DNA of 59,466 nt from Spirochaetota bacterium (GCA_025457965.1 JALOTJ010000015.1:1-59466); one strand, 5' to 3'; positions 18,647 through 28,312 are shown, counted from the first letter of the stretch. The notes: generated from the letters alone by a model not told the origin. Program-made: numbers and translations.

Positions 18647-19432
18647 CTACTTGGCCAGCATGCCGCCGTCAACGGGAATGATGGCGCCCGTAACGTAATC
18701 AGACGCTTTTGACGCCAGAAAAACGGCAAGCCCCTTTATGTCGTCCTCCTCTCCCATCTTCGGTATCGGAATCTGCATGAGCACGGCATTCCTGATCGGC
18801 TCCATCTCGGCCTTGTCGAGGTATCCCATCATGTCGGTGTGGAAGAATCCCGGCGCGATGGCGTTGACGTATATCTTGTACCGCGCCAGCTTGATCGCGA
18901 GGTTCATGGTGAGGAGATTGATGGCGGCCTTGGACGAATTATAGGCAACGGCCGGGTGCGCTTCCTCGATCGAGCCGCGGAAACCCATAACCGATGAGAT
19001 GTTGATGATCTTTCCGCCGCCCTTTTCCTTCATGACTCTCGCCGCTTCCTGCGATAGTATCCAGACGCCCTTCACGTTGACGTCGAATATCTTCTCCCAT
19101 TTGTCCAGCGGGAAGTCGAGCGTGGGAGCCCCCCAGGTGACGCCGGCGTTGTTGACCAGGATATCGATGGTGCCGAATTCCTTTTTGGCGGTCTCGACCA
19201 GCGCGCGGATCTCGTCCGGAGAACCCATATCGCATTTGACCGGCAGGCACTTTACCCCGAGCTTCGAAATCCCCTCCGCTGTTTTGGAAAGCGTTTCGAG
19301 CTTTCGCGAGGCGATGATGATGTCCGCGCCCGCTTCGGCGAGGCCGGTGGCGATGAACTTGCCGATACCCCTTCCGCCGCCGGTGACGATGGCCTTTTTG
19401 CCTTTCAGGCTGAACAGATCGAGTAATTTCAT
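18647..19432 (-). CDS. short-chain dehydrogenase/reductase (gluconate-5-dehydrogenase/FabG-like)
   Basis: Trimmed to MKLLDLFSLKGKKAIVTGGGRGIG with GAGGAGG upstream. NNAG is present, as is the catalytic S...YxxxK (YNSSKAA). Confidence 0.85.
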   Translation of the reverse strand: MKLLDLFSLKGKKAIVTGGGRGIGKFIATGLAEAGADIIIASRKLETLSKTAEGISKLGVKCLPVKCDMGSPDEIRALVETAKKEFGTIDILVNNAGVTWGAPTLDFPLDKWEKIFDVNVKGVWILSQEAARVMKEKGGGKIINISSVMGFRGSIEEAHPAVAYNSSKAAINLLTMNLAIKLARYKIYVNAIAPGFFHTDMMGYLDKAEMEPIRNAVLMQIPIPKMGEEDDIKGLAVFLASKASDYVTGAIIPVDGGMLAK

Positions 19433-19685
19433 GGGAACCTCCTCGAGTGATTGTAAGATAAATTCGCCGAGAATACCGCGGTATGGGCCGGGGCTGCATG
19501 GGCCCGCGCACCGCGGACCAGTGAATGGTCGAGCTTCCGGGGAATCTGTCCAGTACATTTTAGATGCGTAAAAAATTGTTGACAATGGTGGACGCCAAAC
19601 GGATATGTAAAGACACCGATGGGCCGGACGGTGACGTATTGATACGCCGATCGTGCTTGAGGTCGATTCACATACAGGATTATTC

Positions 19686-19760
19686 GGGCGATTAGCTCAG
19701 TTTGGTTAGAGCGCCTGCTCGACACGCAGGAGGTCATTGGTTCGACTCCGATATCGCCCA
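19686..19760 (+). tRNA. tRNA-Val (anticodon GAC), with C at position 33
   Basis: Acceptor GGGCGAT/ATCGCCC, D-arm GCTC...GAGC, anticodon stem CCTGC/GCAGG with loop TCGACAC, T-loop TTCGACT, discriminator A. Confidence 0.85.
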
Positions 19761-19787
19761 ACTTTTCTTTTTCAGGAGTGCCGTTAA

Positions 19788-21727
19788 TTGTCCAGTGAAG
19801 TCAAAGTCACCCTCCCGGACGGATCCACCCTCCCGGTCGAATCGAACTCCTCGGTCTACGAGGTGGCCGGTAAAATCGGAAAGAAACTCCAGAAGGCAGC
19901 GCTGGTCGGAGCCGTTGATGAGCGGCCGGTCGACCTGTCGTTTCGCCTCACCGGCGACTCGGGCCTGAAGCTCTTCACCTTCACCAGCGCGGAGGGCAAA
20001 GACGCGTTCTGGCATACGGCCTCGCACCTTCTGGCCCAGGCGGTGAAGAGGCTCTTCCCGGGAGCGAAGCTCGCCATAGGCCCTGCCATCGACAACGGCT
20101 TCTACTACGACTTCGAGGTAGAGAGAAACTTTACTCCGGAAGACCTGGTGAAGATAGAGGCCGAGATGGCGAAGATTGTCGCCGAGGACCTTGAGGTCTT
20201 CCGCGAGGAAATGCCGCGCCGGAAGGCGATAGACTACTTTACGTCCCTCGGAGAGACTTACAAGATCGAACTGCTCGACGGCCTTGCCGATGGAGCGGTT
20301 TCGCTCTACCACCAGGGCGAGTTCGCCGACCTCTGCCGCGGACCGCATATTCCGCGCACCTCGTACATAAAGGCATTCAAGACATAAAGGCATTCAAGCT
20401 TCTGTCGATTGCCGGGGCATACTGGCGCGGAGACGAGAAACGCCCGATGCTGCAGCGCATCTACGGCACGGCATGGCCCACAAAGGACGAACTCGACGCG
20501 TATCTAAAGCACCTGGAAGAAGTCGAGAAGCGCGACCACCGCAAGCTGGGCAGGGAACTCGACCTCTACTCGGTACACGATGAAACCGGCGCCGGCCTCA
20601 TCCTGTGGCATCCGAAAGGGGCGCGCCTGCGCCATATAATTGAAAGCTTCTGGCGCGAAGAGCATTATAAAAACGGCTACGACCTGGTATACTCGCCGCA
20701 CATCGGAAAATCAACGCTCTGGAACACCAGCGGGCACCTCGGCTTCTACAGCGAGAACATGTATTCACCGATGGACATCGACGGGCAGGACTACTACGTG
20801 AAGCCCATGAACTGCCCCTTCCATATAATGATATACAAAAGCAGGGGATGGTCCTACCGCGACCTGCCCCTGCGCTGGGCGGAGCTCGGCACCGTTTACC
20901 GATACGAACGAAGCGGCGTGTTGCACGGGCTGCTTCGCGTGCGCGGCTTTACCCAGGACGATGCCCATCTCATTTGCCGTCCAGACCAGATGCCCGAGGA
21001 GATTGACCGCGTGCTCGCCTTTTGCCTGTACATGCTTCGATCTTTCGGTTTTACGGATTTCAAGGTCTACCTCGCCACACGCCCCGGCGAAAAGTTTGTG
21101 GGCGATGAGGCCATGTGGAGCGAGGCCACGCAGGCCCTTAAGGAATCGGTGGAGCGCGCCGGAATCGACTACGAGGTGGATGACGGTGGCGGCGCGTTCT
21201 ATGGTCCCAAGATCGACATCAAGATAAAAGACGCGCTGGGCCGCGAGTGGCAGTGCAGCACCATACAGTTCGATTTCAACATGCCTGAACGTTTCGATGT
21301 CACCTACGTCGGAAGCGACGGCCAGAAACACCGTCCCTACATGATACACCGCGCGCTCCTCGGCTCTATCGAGCGATTTGTCGGCGTGCTGGTGGAGCAT
21401 TACGCGGGGAAGTTTCCGCTGTGGCTCTCTCCGGTGCAGGTTGCGCTCCTCAATGTCGTTTCGGAGGCCGCCGACCATACCGCGCGACTTCGCGACGAGC
21501 TGATGCGCCGCGGGCTGCGCGTCGAGGCCGACCTCCGGGAAGAGACCATAGGCTATAAAATCCGCGACGCGATCGAAAAAAAGGTGCCGTATATCGGCGT
21601 GATCGGTAAAAAGGAAGTCGAGAGCGGAGCCATTTCGGTGCGCAGGCGCGGAGAAAGCTCCTCGCGGGTACTGCCGGTAGATGAGTTTATCGCCCAGCTG
21701 ACGGCGGAAGCCGCTGAAAAAGCGTAA
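19788..21727 (+). pseudogene. thrS: threonyl-tRNA synthetase, reading frame broken by a 17-bp tandem duplication (ORFs 19788..20387 and 20447..21727)
   Basis: The N-terminal ORF carries the TGS and editing-domain start and ends ...[13 protein letters not shown]. The downstream frame continues (IKAFK)[26 protein letters not shown]. Removing one 17-bp copy restores a single ThrS ORF of about 640 aa. Confidence 0.85.
20365..20398 (+). repeat. perfect 17-bp tandem duplication ACATAAAGGCATTCAAG x2 inside thrS
   Basis: 20365-20381 and 20382-20398 are identical, read directly from the sequence. Confidence 0.95.
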
Positions 21728-21924
21728 AAAAATATACCCGATCTGCGGCATGTCGAAATTTTGTTGATTAATATTGGCATATACTGTCAATGTGGCTCAG
21801 TGCCGGGTCTTAACCGATTCGGGCAGGTGGGGTATTCCACGCTCGTTTTTTTTTGCCTGCCGTGCACCACGCCCTTCACGGGCGGTCTTATTAATCTTTG
21901 CTTGAGGGCGGAAGGAGGCTTCGC

Positions 21925-22458
21925 ATAGACAAATCAGATATAAAACGCTACCGGATCAATGATCAGATCAGGGAGCCGATGGTCAGGCTTGTTGGAGAGG
22001 AGGGGGGCCCCCAGGTCGTGCCGACCGACGAGGCCATGGCTCTTGCGAAGAACAAGGAGATGGATCTCGTTGAGATTTCTCCGGATCAGGATCCCCCGGT
22101 AGTCAAGATCATTGATTTCAGCAAATTCCGATTTGAGCAGATTAAAAAGGCCAAAGAGGCGAAGAAAAAGCAAAAGGTCATTCACGTAAAGGAGATCAAG
22201 TTCCGGCCTTCAATCGATTCCAACGATTACAGGCACAAGGTCAATCATGCCAGGGAGTTCCTGGAGAAGGGCGACAAGGTGAAATTCACCCTTATGTTCA
22301 GGGGAAGGGAGATTGTTCATAACGAACTGGGCTTCAAGGTGATGGATAATATCCAGAAAGACCTCGAGCAGTCCGCCCTGGTCGAGAAAAAGGCTTCCAT
22401 TGAGGGAAGGAATATAACGATGATAATGACGCCCGTGCCGTCGATGGCGAAGAAGTAG
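21925..22458 (+). CDS. infC: translation initiation factor IF-3, probable non-canonical ATA start
   Basis: GGAAGGAGG (21910-21918), a 6-nt spacer, then in-frame ATA at 21925. Translation continues IDKSDIKRYRINDQIREPMVRLVGEEG... The listed TTG at 21898 has no SD. Confidence 0.85.
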   Translation: MDKSDIKRYRINDQIREPMVRLVGEEGGPQVVPTDEAMALAKNKEMDLVEISPDQDPPVVKIIDFSKFRFEQIKKAKEAKKKQKVIHVKEIKFRPSIDSNDYRHKVNHAREFLEKGDKVKFTLMFRGREIVHNELGFKVMDNIQKDLEQSALVEKKASIEGRNITMIMTPVPSMAKK

Positions 22459-22487
22459 CGGCGGGGGCTTTTCAGAGCGAGGAAAAA

Positions 22488-22685
22488 ATGCCTAAAATGA
22501 AGACGAACAGCGGCGCTAAAAAGCGGTTCAAGGTCACCAAGAACGGAAAGGTGAAGCGGGCCAACGGTTATAAAAAGCATTTGCTCGAGGCGAAATCGTC
22601 AAAGCGTAAAAGACAGCTTCGCAGTCCCAGCCTCGTTCATGAGACCGAGCTCGGCCGCGTTCGACGCATGCTTCCCTACGGCTGA
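22488..22685 (+). CDS. rpmI: 50S ribosomal protein L35
   Basis: MPKMKTNSGAKKRFKVTKNGKVKR. It sits in the infC-rpmI-rplT order. Confidence 0.93.
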   Translation: MPKMKTNSGAKKRFKVTKNGKVKRANGYKKHLLEAKSSKRKRQLRSPSLVHETELGRVRRMLPYG

Positions 22686-22730
22686 TTCGCCGGGGGAACC
22701 GATTACTGAAACATTTCGAGGGGAAGAGTT

Positions 22731-23087
22731 ATGCCACGTGCAACAACCGGAAAGGTACATCATAAAAGGCGCGAGAAGGTCTTAAAGGATGTACAGGGCT
22801 TTTACGGGGCCCGAAAGAACCTTTTTAGAACGGCGAAGGACGCGCGGCGCAAGGCGCTGCAGAATTCCTATAAAGACCGCAGGCGCAGGAAGCGGGACTT
22901 CAGGGCGCTGTGGATCATACGGATCAATGCGGCGGCCCGCCTTAACGGTATATCCTACAGCCGTCTCATCGCCGGGATGGATCTGGCCGGTATTACCATG
23001 AACCGTAAACTGATGGCCGATCTCGCCGTGAGCGATCCGAACGCATTCGCTCAGATCGTTAATGCGGTCAAGGAAAAGCTGTCCTGA
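22731..23087 (+). CDS. rplT: 50S ribosomal protein L20
   Basis: MPRATTGKVHHKRREKVLK...FRALWIIRINAAAR. Confidence 0.93.
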   Translation: MPRATTGKVHHKRREKVLKDVQGFYGARKNLFRTAKDARRKALQNSYKDRRRRKRDFRALWIIRINAAARLNGISYSRLIAGMDLAGITMNRKLMADLAVSDPNAFAQIVNAVKEKLS

Positions 23088-23132
23088 GCTTCGCCTGTTC
23101 CGGACGCTCGGCCTGAACGCCGGGAGCACAAA

Positions 23133-24038
23133 ATGCCTGTGAAAAAAAGCGCCCTCGTTGCGGCGCTTGTTTTATTTTTAGCCCTAGCGGCGGCCTCCCG
23201 GGCCTCAATGCCGCTTACCGAAACGATCGCGACCCTGCCCGAGGGCACGATGGAACTGCTCGTCGAGGAGGAATTCTTTACCCACGGCAACGGCTACCGT
23301 CGCGATACGTTCGGTATCGGCTTCGGGATCGTCGACCGTCTCTGCGCCCGGGTCTATTTTCAGTATCTGCATGATGGTTTTCCGTCTTCGCGCGACGCCG
23401 TTGTGGGCGATACGTTCGTGCGCCTGTGGTGGTACGCCGGCGGCGCCGCCGGCGGCGCGCTGCGCTGGGGATTACTCGCGCTCTTTCGCTTTCCGACCGG
23501 TCCAAACGCCTATACGGATGAACAATGGCGCAACCTCGCACTTGGAAACAACGAGCTGAAGCTGGGCCCGGTGGCCCAGTACGAGGCGGGCGTGCTGTTC
23601 TTCCATGCAAACCTGTTCTATGTTTTCAGGGAAAAGAATCGTGAAGGATTTTACAACGGGTTGTATCTGAATCCCGCTGAAAAGCAAACGTATAACAGGG
23701 CCTTCGGGCTCAACTTTATGTCCGATGGTACTTTCCTCTATTCGAAGCGGCTCGAGAACGATTATGCGGTCGCATCGCTCGCGCTGAACACCGACGCGCT
23801 TTACCCGTTCATCCCCTGGGTATCCGCCTATGTGTCCCGCCGTTTCACACGCGTACGGGACGAAATCGAGGAGATTCCTGTCGAGGGGGCGCTCGTCAAT
23901 CCGCTGCTGTTCTCGGCAGGCGCGCGCTACTTCTTCTCTTACAATGCGTTCGCCGGGATTTCGGCGACGGTAAGCGCCGTCAGGAAACGGCGGTATCCCG
24001 GAGAAACGATAGGTATTGAAATGCGGCTCCAATTTTAG
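23133..24038 (+). CDS. putative outer-membrane beta-barrel protein
   Basis: Signal peptide (ALVAALVLFLALAAASRA), alternating aromatic/small residue pattern, and a C-terminal ...GIEMRLQF ending in Phe. Confidence 0.55.
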   Translation: MPVKKSALVAALVLFLALAAASRASMPLTETIATLPEGTMELLVEEEFFTHGNGYRRDTFGIGFGIVDRLCARVYFQYLHDGFPSSRDAVVGDTFVRLWWYAGGAAGGALRWGLLALFRFPTGPNAYTDEQWRNLALGNNELKLGPVAQYEAGVLFFHANLFYVFREKNREGFYNGLYLNPAEKQTYNRAFGLNFMSDGTFLYSKRLENDYAVASLALNTDALYPFIPWVSAYVSRRFTRVRDEIEEIPVEGALVNPLLFSAGARYFFSYNAFAGISATVSAVRKRRYPGETIGIEMRLQF

Positions 24039-24265
24039 GATAAAAAACTTGATTATATTTCGGACCTGTGCGTATGCTTGAGTTGTCGCAAAACTGAGGG
24101 AAAGCCCGTTTATACTCTTTTTTATTGCAGGGAGTGGTAATTAACGCCGAAAATATGGTAAGGCAGTGTACCTGGCTTCACTGCTACCTGCTTTTTGGCT
24201 GGCGCGCTTGTTGCCGTTTCTGACAACGACCGGGTGCCAACAATAATGATGGAGGTATCAAAGGA

Positions 24266-24976
24266 ATGATTTCCATGCAGCAGCTCGAGGAGCTTGAAAG
24301 CAGGATAATAAAGGCACTGCAGCTTATCGGCGACCTGAGGACTGAAAACTCGAAACTCGAGTCCGATAACGAGTCCCTCAAAGTCGTCGCCGAGGAGGCG
24401 AAGCTGAGCCTTGAGGAGAAAGAGCAGGAGCTGGCCGGCATTCAACGCGAGCTCGACGAGACCGCGCGTGAGCTTGCCGAACTGAAGGGCAGGGAGGACG
24501 TGCTCGAGAAAAAGATCATCGAGCTGCTCGGCAAGATGGACGCGCTTAAGAGCGGCTCCGCCCCGATCTTCGAAAGCGGCATGCGCGCTGAAAAGCCCGC
24601 CGCGCGTGGATCGGCGCACAAGAGCGCATCGCGCGTCGCTCCTGCCAGGGAAGAGGTCAGCGTTGAGACCGTTCGAAGCGGCGATGATATCGTGATTTCC
24701 GACGGGGACGACGATATCATCATTATCGACGACGACACCGCGTTCGCTGATGCGGACGTCAGGGTCGAGGCCGTTTCCGGCAGGTCGGGCGCAGAGGACG
24801 AGATCATTCTCCTCGACGAAGGGGCGGATGAAATAATGATCGATGACGTCGACAGCGAACTGGTCATTATCGACGAAACGGAAAAGGGAAAATCCTCCAA
24901 AAAGAAGAAGGGTGCGTCTTTCGACGAGCTCTCCCTTGATGATGATTTTCTTATAATAGAAGAGGACGGCAAGTAG
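24266..24976 (+). CDS. ZapB-like coiled-coil protein with an acidic/hydrophobic repeat tail
   Basis: The N-terminal 95 aa form a heptad coiled coil (QQLEELESRIIKALQLIGDLRTENSKLESDNESLK), similar to ZapB. It lies directly upstream of zapA. The tail carries six acidic-IIII-acidic motifs. Confidence 0.5.
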   Translation: MISMQQLEELESRIIKALQLIGDLRTENSKLESDNESLKVVAEEAKLSLEEKEQELAGIQRELDETARELAELKGREDVLEKKIIELLGKMDALKSGSAPIFESGMRAEKPAARGSAHKSASRVAPAREEVSVETVRSGDDIVISDGDDDIIIIDDDTAFADADVRVEAVSGRSGAEDEIILLDEGADEIMIDDVDSELVIIDETEKGKSSKKKKGASFDELSLDDDFLIIEEDGK

Positions 24977-25016
24977 GCGCGACGTGAGCGCCGCAGGCCG
25001 CAAAAGGAGGTAGCCG

Positions 25017-25349
25017 ATGGAGAACAGGGCCAAGGTTTCCATCTACGGCGGTACCTATTCGATACAGGGGGAGGCGGCGCCGGAATATATCGAGCGACTG
25101 GCTCGCTTCGTGAATGAACGGATGGAAGAAGTGGGCCGAAGCCTGTCGAACGGCACTCCGCTTCAGGTGGCGATTCTGGCGGCGCTCAATATCGCCGATG
25201 AATACATGCAGGTCAGGGACCTCAAGGTGGGGCTGACCGGCGAACTGGAGCAGAAGACGAGACAGCTCATCTCGCTTCTTGATGAGGGTCTTATCGGTGA
25301 TATATTCTCGCAGTTTGAAGCCTCACGGTCGCACCCGCCGCTTCCCTGA
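25017..25349 (+). CDS. zapA: cell division protein ZapA
   Basis: VSIYGGTYSIQGEAAPEYIERLARFVNERM...LQVAILAALNIADEY, with a strong SD (AAGGAGG). Confidence 0.8.
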   Translation: MENRAKVSIYGGTYSIQGEAAPEYIERLARFVNERMEEVGRSLSNGTPLQVAILAALNIADEYMQVRDLKVGLTGELEQKTRQLISLLDEGLIGDIFSQFEASRSHPPLP

Positions 25350-25585
25350 GCGCCGCGCGGCGGGCTCCCTCCCGCAAGGACGCTTTGCGCTCCGTGCGGG
25401 CGCATGATGATGCACGGGAGGCGAGTCCGCGACGGGCGTATACATCACCCCCGGTCCCAGCGCCGTAAAACGCGTCGTTTATAATCTTTTCCTTTACCAC
25501 GACACGCATATCTTCTATACTGCTCCGGCCGGCTCGAGGATATTTTTTACACTTTTTACCATAAACTGGGTATCTAGAGTAACTG

Positions 25586-26152
25586 ATGAGTGAAGTTTCT
25601 GTGACCATCGGCGACGAGGATCTTGTCAGACAATTCAAGAAAGGTGAACAAAAAGCCTTTGATGAATTGTATCTGCGATATGCGTCCCGTCTCAAGCGAC
25701 TCATCATGTATTCCCTTGGAGATGCTGACGAGTCCGAGGACGTTCTGCATGATGTGTTCATGAGAGTGTTTCTGCATATTGACTCGTTCAATACCGACAT
25801 GGCTTTCTCGTCGTGGATTTACCGTATCGCCGTCAACTGCTGCAAGAATTATCGCAAGAAGCGCATGAAGGAGAAGTCGACGGTCGGCGGGGACCAGATG
25901 GACGGCATCAACTCTCCCGAGGGTTCCCCCGAGGAGCTCTATATCCGGGAAGAGGACATGCGAGAGTTTTACCTGGCGGTGGACTCGCTCAAGGAGAAGT
26001 TCAAGACCGTGTTCCTGCTGAGGTTCGATCACGGGATGCAGTACAGCCAGATTTCGAGCGTACTGGATTGCCCGGAGAGGACGGCGAAGTGGCGCATGCA
26101 GAAGGCCGTCGAGAAGATCGCGGACCGGCTTAAGTCGAGAAACGTGGTATAA
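25586..26152 (+). CDS. ECF-type RNA polymerase sigma-70 factor
   Basis: Region 2 (DVLHDVFMRVFLHIDSF...FSSWIYRIAVNCCKNYRKK) and region 4 (YSQISSVLDCPERTAKWRMQKAVEKI). Confidence 0.85.
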   Translation: MSEVSVTIGDEDLVRQFKKGEQKAFDELYLRYASRLKRLIMYSLGDADESEDVLHDVFMRVFLHIDSFNTDMAFSSWIYRIAVNCCKNYRKKRMKEKSTVGGDQMDGINSPEGSPEELYIREEDMREFYLAVDSLKEKFKTVFLLRFDHGMQYSQISSVLDCPERTAKWRMQKAVEKIADRLKSRNVV

Positions 26153-26180
26153 GTACCGGGGGGTATAAAGAGTAACGCTG

Positions 26181-28238
26181 ATGGGAGCCGGGGGAATGGA
26201 GCCGCATATCGAAAAGGAAATAATCGCGATCGTCGAGGGGCTTCGCGAGGACGGGCGCTGTTCCGATGTCCAGGCGCGCTCTCTCTCCTCGATTTTCAAA
26301 CGCTCGCGATTCGATGACCCGCCGATCGATGCACCGCGCGGTCTTTCCCGCGTGCGCTTCGAGGCGGCGCGGGTACGCGGACGGCATACGTCTGCGCGGG
26401 CGTTTACCGCACGGACAAAGGTACTTATGGCCGCAGCTTCGGTTTTCATAATCGCGGGAGCCGCTTTTCTTGTTTTCAGTACGGGTGATGGGATCATCCC
26501 TCCCGAAACGGCGGCGGAGGCCGTCATCGGTGATGTTACGTTTGAACGCAGCGGTACGGTCTCTGTCCTCGAAGCGGGTGCGCTTCTTGGCGGTGGCGAT
26601 ATTGTACGCACCGGTCCCCGTTCGTTCGCGGATCTCCGATTCAGGGATGAAGTTATTATAAGGATCAAACAGGACTCGCGTTTCAGAATAGATCGGCTGA
26701 CCCGCGACAAAAACGCTTCACTTCGCGCCGGTCTGGACCTTTCGGCGGGAACGGCACTTTTCAGTTTTAAAAAGCTGCAAAGGGGCGATTTCGCCGAGGT
26801 GCGCACCCCGACATCCGTGGCGGGTGTACGCGGCACGAGTTTCGGCGTTTCGGTTTCGGAAAACCGGGATGTTCGCTACGAGGTCCTCGAGGGTACGATC
26901 AGCGTTCGCGGAAGGGTCGTCATCGACGGGTCGGGGCCGACGGATGAGGCGGCGCGCGGGGTACTGGAAGGAGTCGAGCGCAGGCTCGCGGAGCGGGCGG
27001 TCGCCGTGGAGGCGAACGAGGTGTGCGAGGTGAAGGAACGCGACGCCCGCGCCCTGGCGAAAAAAATCGAAGAAATACTGGTCGTGCTTCCGGAAAAAGG
27101 AAAACGCGCCGAAGAAAGACGTCTTGACGATGCCATAACCAAAATAGCCGCGGAAACGGCGACCCCCCGCATCTACACCGCCGCCGAGTCGCCGCCGGCC
27201 CATTTACTCGAGCTCAAGCAGATGGCGATCATCGGGGAGGGGAAGGACGAATCCGTCGTGACCCGGTGGGAGAGGGATCGCCCCGTTGCGTTTGACCAGA
27301 ACGCCTGGATGGACCGGGCGAGGGTCTCATACGTTGTTACCGACGACGCGCGACAGCTTTTCATAGCGGTCGGAACGAACGGACGCATTGACGCGCTCCG
27401 GCGCGGGGCCGTGGTGTGGCGCTTCCGGTGCGGCTCTCCGGTTAATGCGCAGCCGGTTTCCGACGGCGAGATTGTTTACCTTGCCACGGCAGACGAGCGC
27501 ATTATCGCCCTATCGCTCGATAACGGCAAGGAGCTATGGAGCAGAAAGATCGACGGCGTACTGCATTTCGGAGCACGGCTTTCGATAGGCGGGGACGGGA
27601 TCTACGCCGCCACGGCGAAGGGCCGGCTATACCGGTTCAACCGCCGGGGCGGGGAAGAATGGAGCCTGAGGCTTCCCGCGGCCTCTTACTCGACACCGGT
27701 CCTCGACGGCAACCTCCTTTTCGTGCCCGTACAGGATGGAAAGATTCATGTCGTTGATACCGTGCTCAGGATCGTCGTTATGAGGATTGATTCGGGGAAG
27801 ATAATAGGTTCATCGGTCATCGTCCGGGGGGATCGGCTATATTATGCGAATTTTGATGGCGTCGTCGCCTGCCACAACATCAGGCGCGATGAAACCGAAT
27901 GGCGTTACCGACTGAATGGAGCCGTAACCGCCGATCCCGTTATAGACGGGGGCTTTCTGTTTGCCGTTTCCTCGGGTGGAGACGTGGTCAAGCTCTCGCT
28001 TGACGGCAGGGTGGCCTGGCGTGCGGACCTAGGCGGCCCCGTTGACAGAAGCCCGGTGGTAATGGGGTCGGGCCTGTACGTTCTGTCGCGGCGCGTGTTT
28101 TATGTTTTTGACACGGAGAAGGGGACGGTGCAGTGGTCGCTCGTTACGCCGTCTGAATCGGCCTCGAATATTGCCGTGGCGGGCACAACGATGTACTTTG
28201 GAACCGAAGAGAACGGAATATATCGGATTAAAAAATAA
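26181..28238 (+). CDS. single-pass membrane FecR-domain protein with a C-terminal PQQ/BamB-like beta-propeller (putative anti-sigma/sensor)
   Basis: About 85 cytoplasmic aa, then a TM helix (VLMAAASVFIIAGAAFLVF). The FecR core has VRTPTSVAGVRGTSFGV. Repeated propeller blades follow (WRF...PV...G.IYLAT.DERIIALS...GKELW). Confidence 0.7.
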   Translation: MGAGGMEPHIEKEIIAIVEGLREDGRCSDVQARSLSSIFKRSRFDDPPIDAPRGLSRVRFEAARVRGRHTSARAFTARTKVLMAAASVFIIAGAAFLVFSTGDGIIPPETAAEAVIGDVTFERSGTVSVLEAGALLGGGDIVRTGPRSFADLRFRDEVIIRIKQDSRFRIDRLTRDKNASLRAGLDLSAGTALFSFKKLQRGDFAEVRTPTSVAGVRGTSFGVSVSENRDVRYEVLEGTISVRGRVVIDGSGPTDEAARGVLEGVERRLAERAVAVEANEVCEVKERDARALAKKIEEILVVLPEKGKRAEERRLDDAITKIAAETATPRIYTAAESPPAHLLELKQMAIIGEGKDESVVTRWERDRPVAFDQNAWMDRARVSYVVTDDARQLFIAVGTNGRIDALRRGAVVWRFRCGSPVNAQPVSDGEIVYLATADERIIALSLDNGKELWSRKIDGVLHFGARLSIGGDGIYAATAKGRLYRFNRRGGEEWSLRLPAASYSTPVLDGNLLFVPVQDGKIHVVDTVLRIVVMRIDSGKIIGSSVIVRGDRLYYANFDGVVACHNIRRDETEWRYRLNGAVTADPVIDGGFLFAVSSGGDVVKLSLDGRVAWRADLGGPVDRSPVVMGSGLYVLSRRVFYVFDTEKGTVQWSLVTPSESASNIAVAGTTMYFGTEENGIYRIKK

Positions 28239-28312
28239 ACGTGCGTGCCCGTGTGCCCGCGTTCGTTTGGTGAGTTTCACGGAAGGTCAGGCTGTAAAAA
28301 GGAGGGATTATC

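Noticed and set aside
24049-24200. Possible small RNA between the OMP gene and the ZapB-like gene. Evidence: TTGATT-18-TATGCT, then a hairpin GCAGTG...CACTGC followed by CTGCTTTTT
   Set aside because: The promoter and terminator signals are both weak, and the stem is only 6 bp with a 10-nt loop. It may simply be the OMP terminator and the zapB promoter region.
25350-25585. 6S RNA (ssrS) downstream of zapA, by analogy with the E. coli zapA-ssrS linkage
   Set aside because: Only local GC hairpins are visible. I could not find the long closing stem and central bubble architecture by eye, and the region must also hold the ECF sigma promoter. It needs cmscan and is not claimable.
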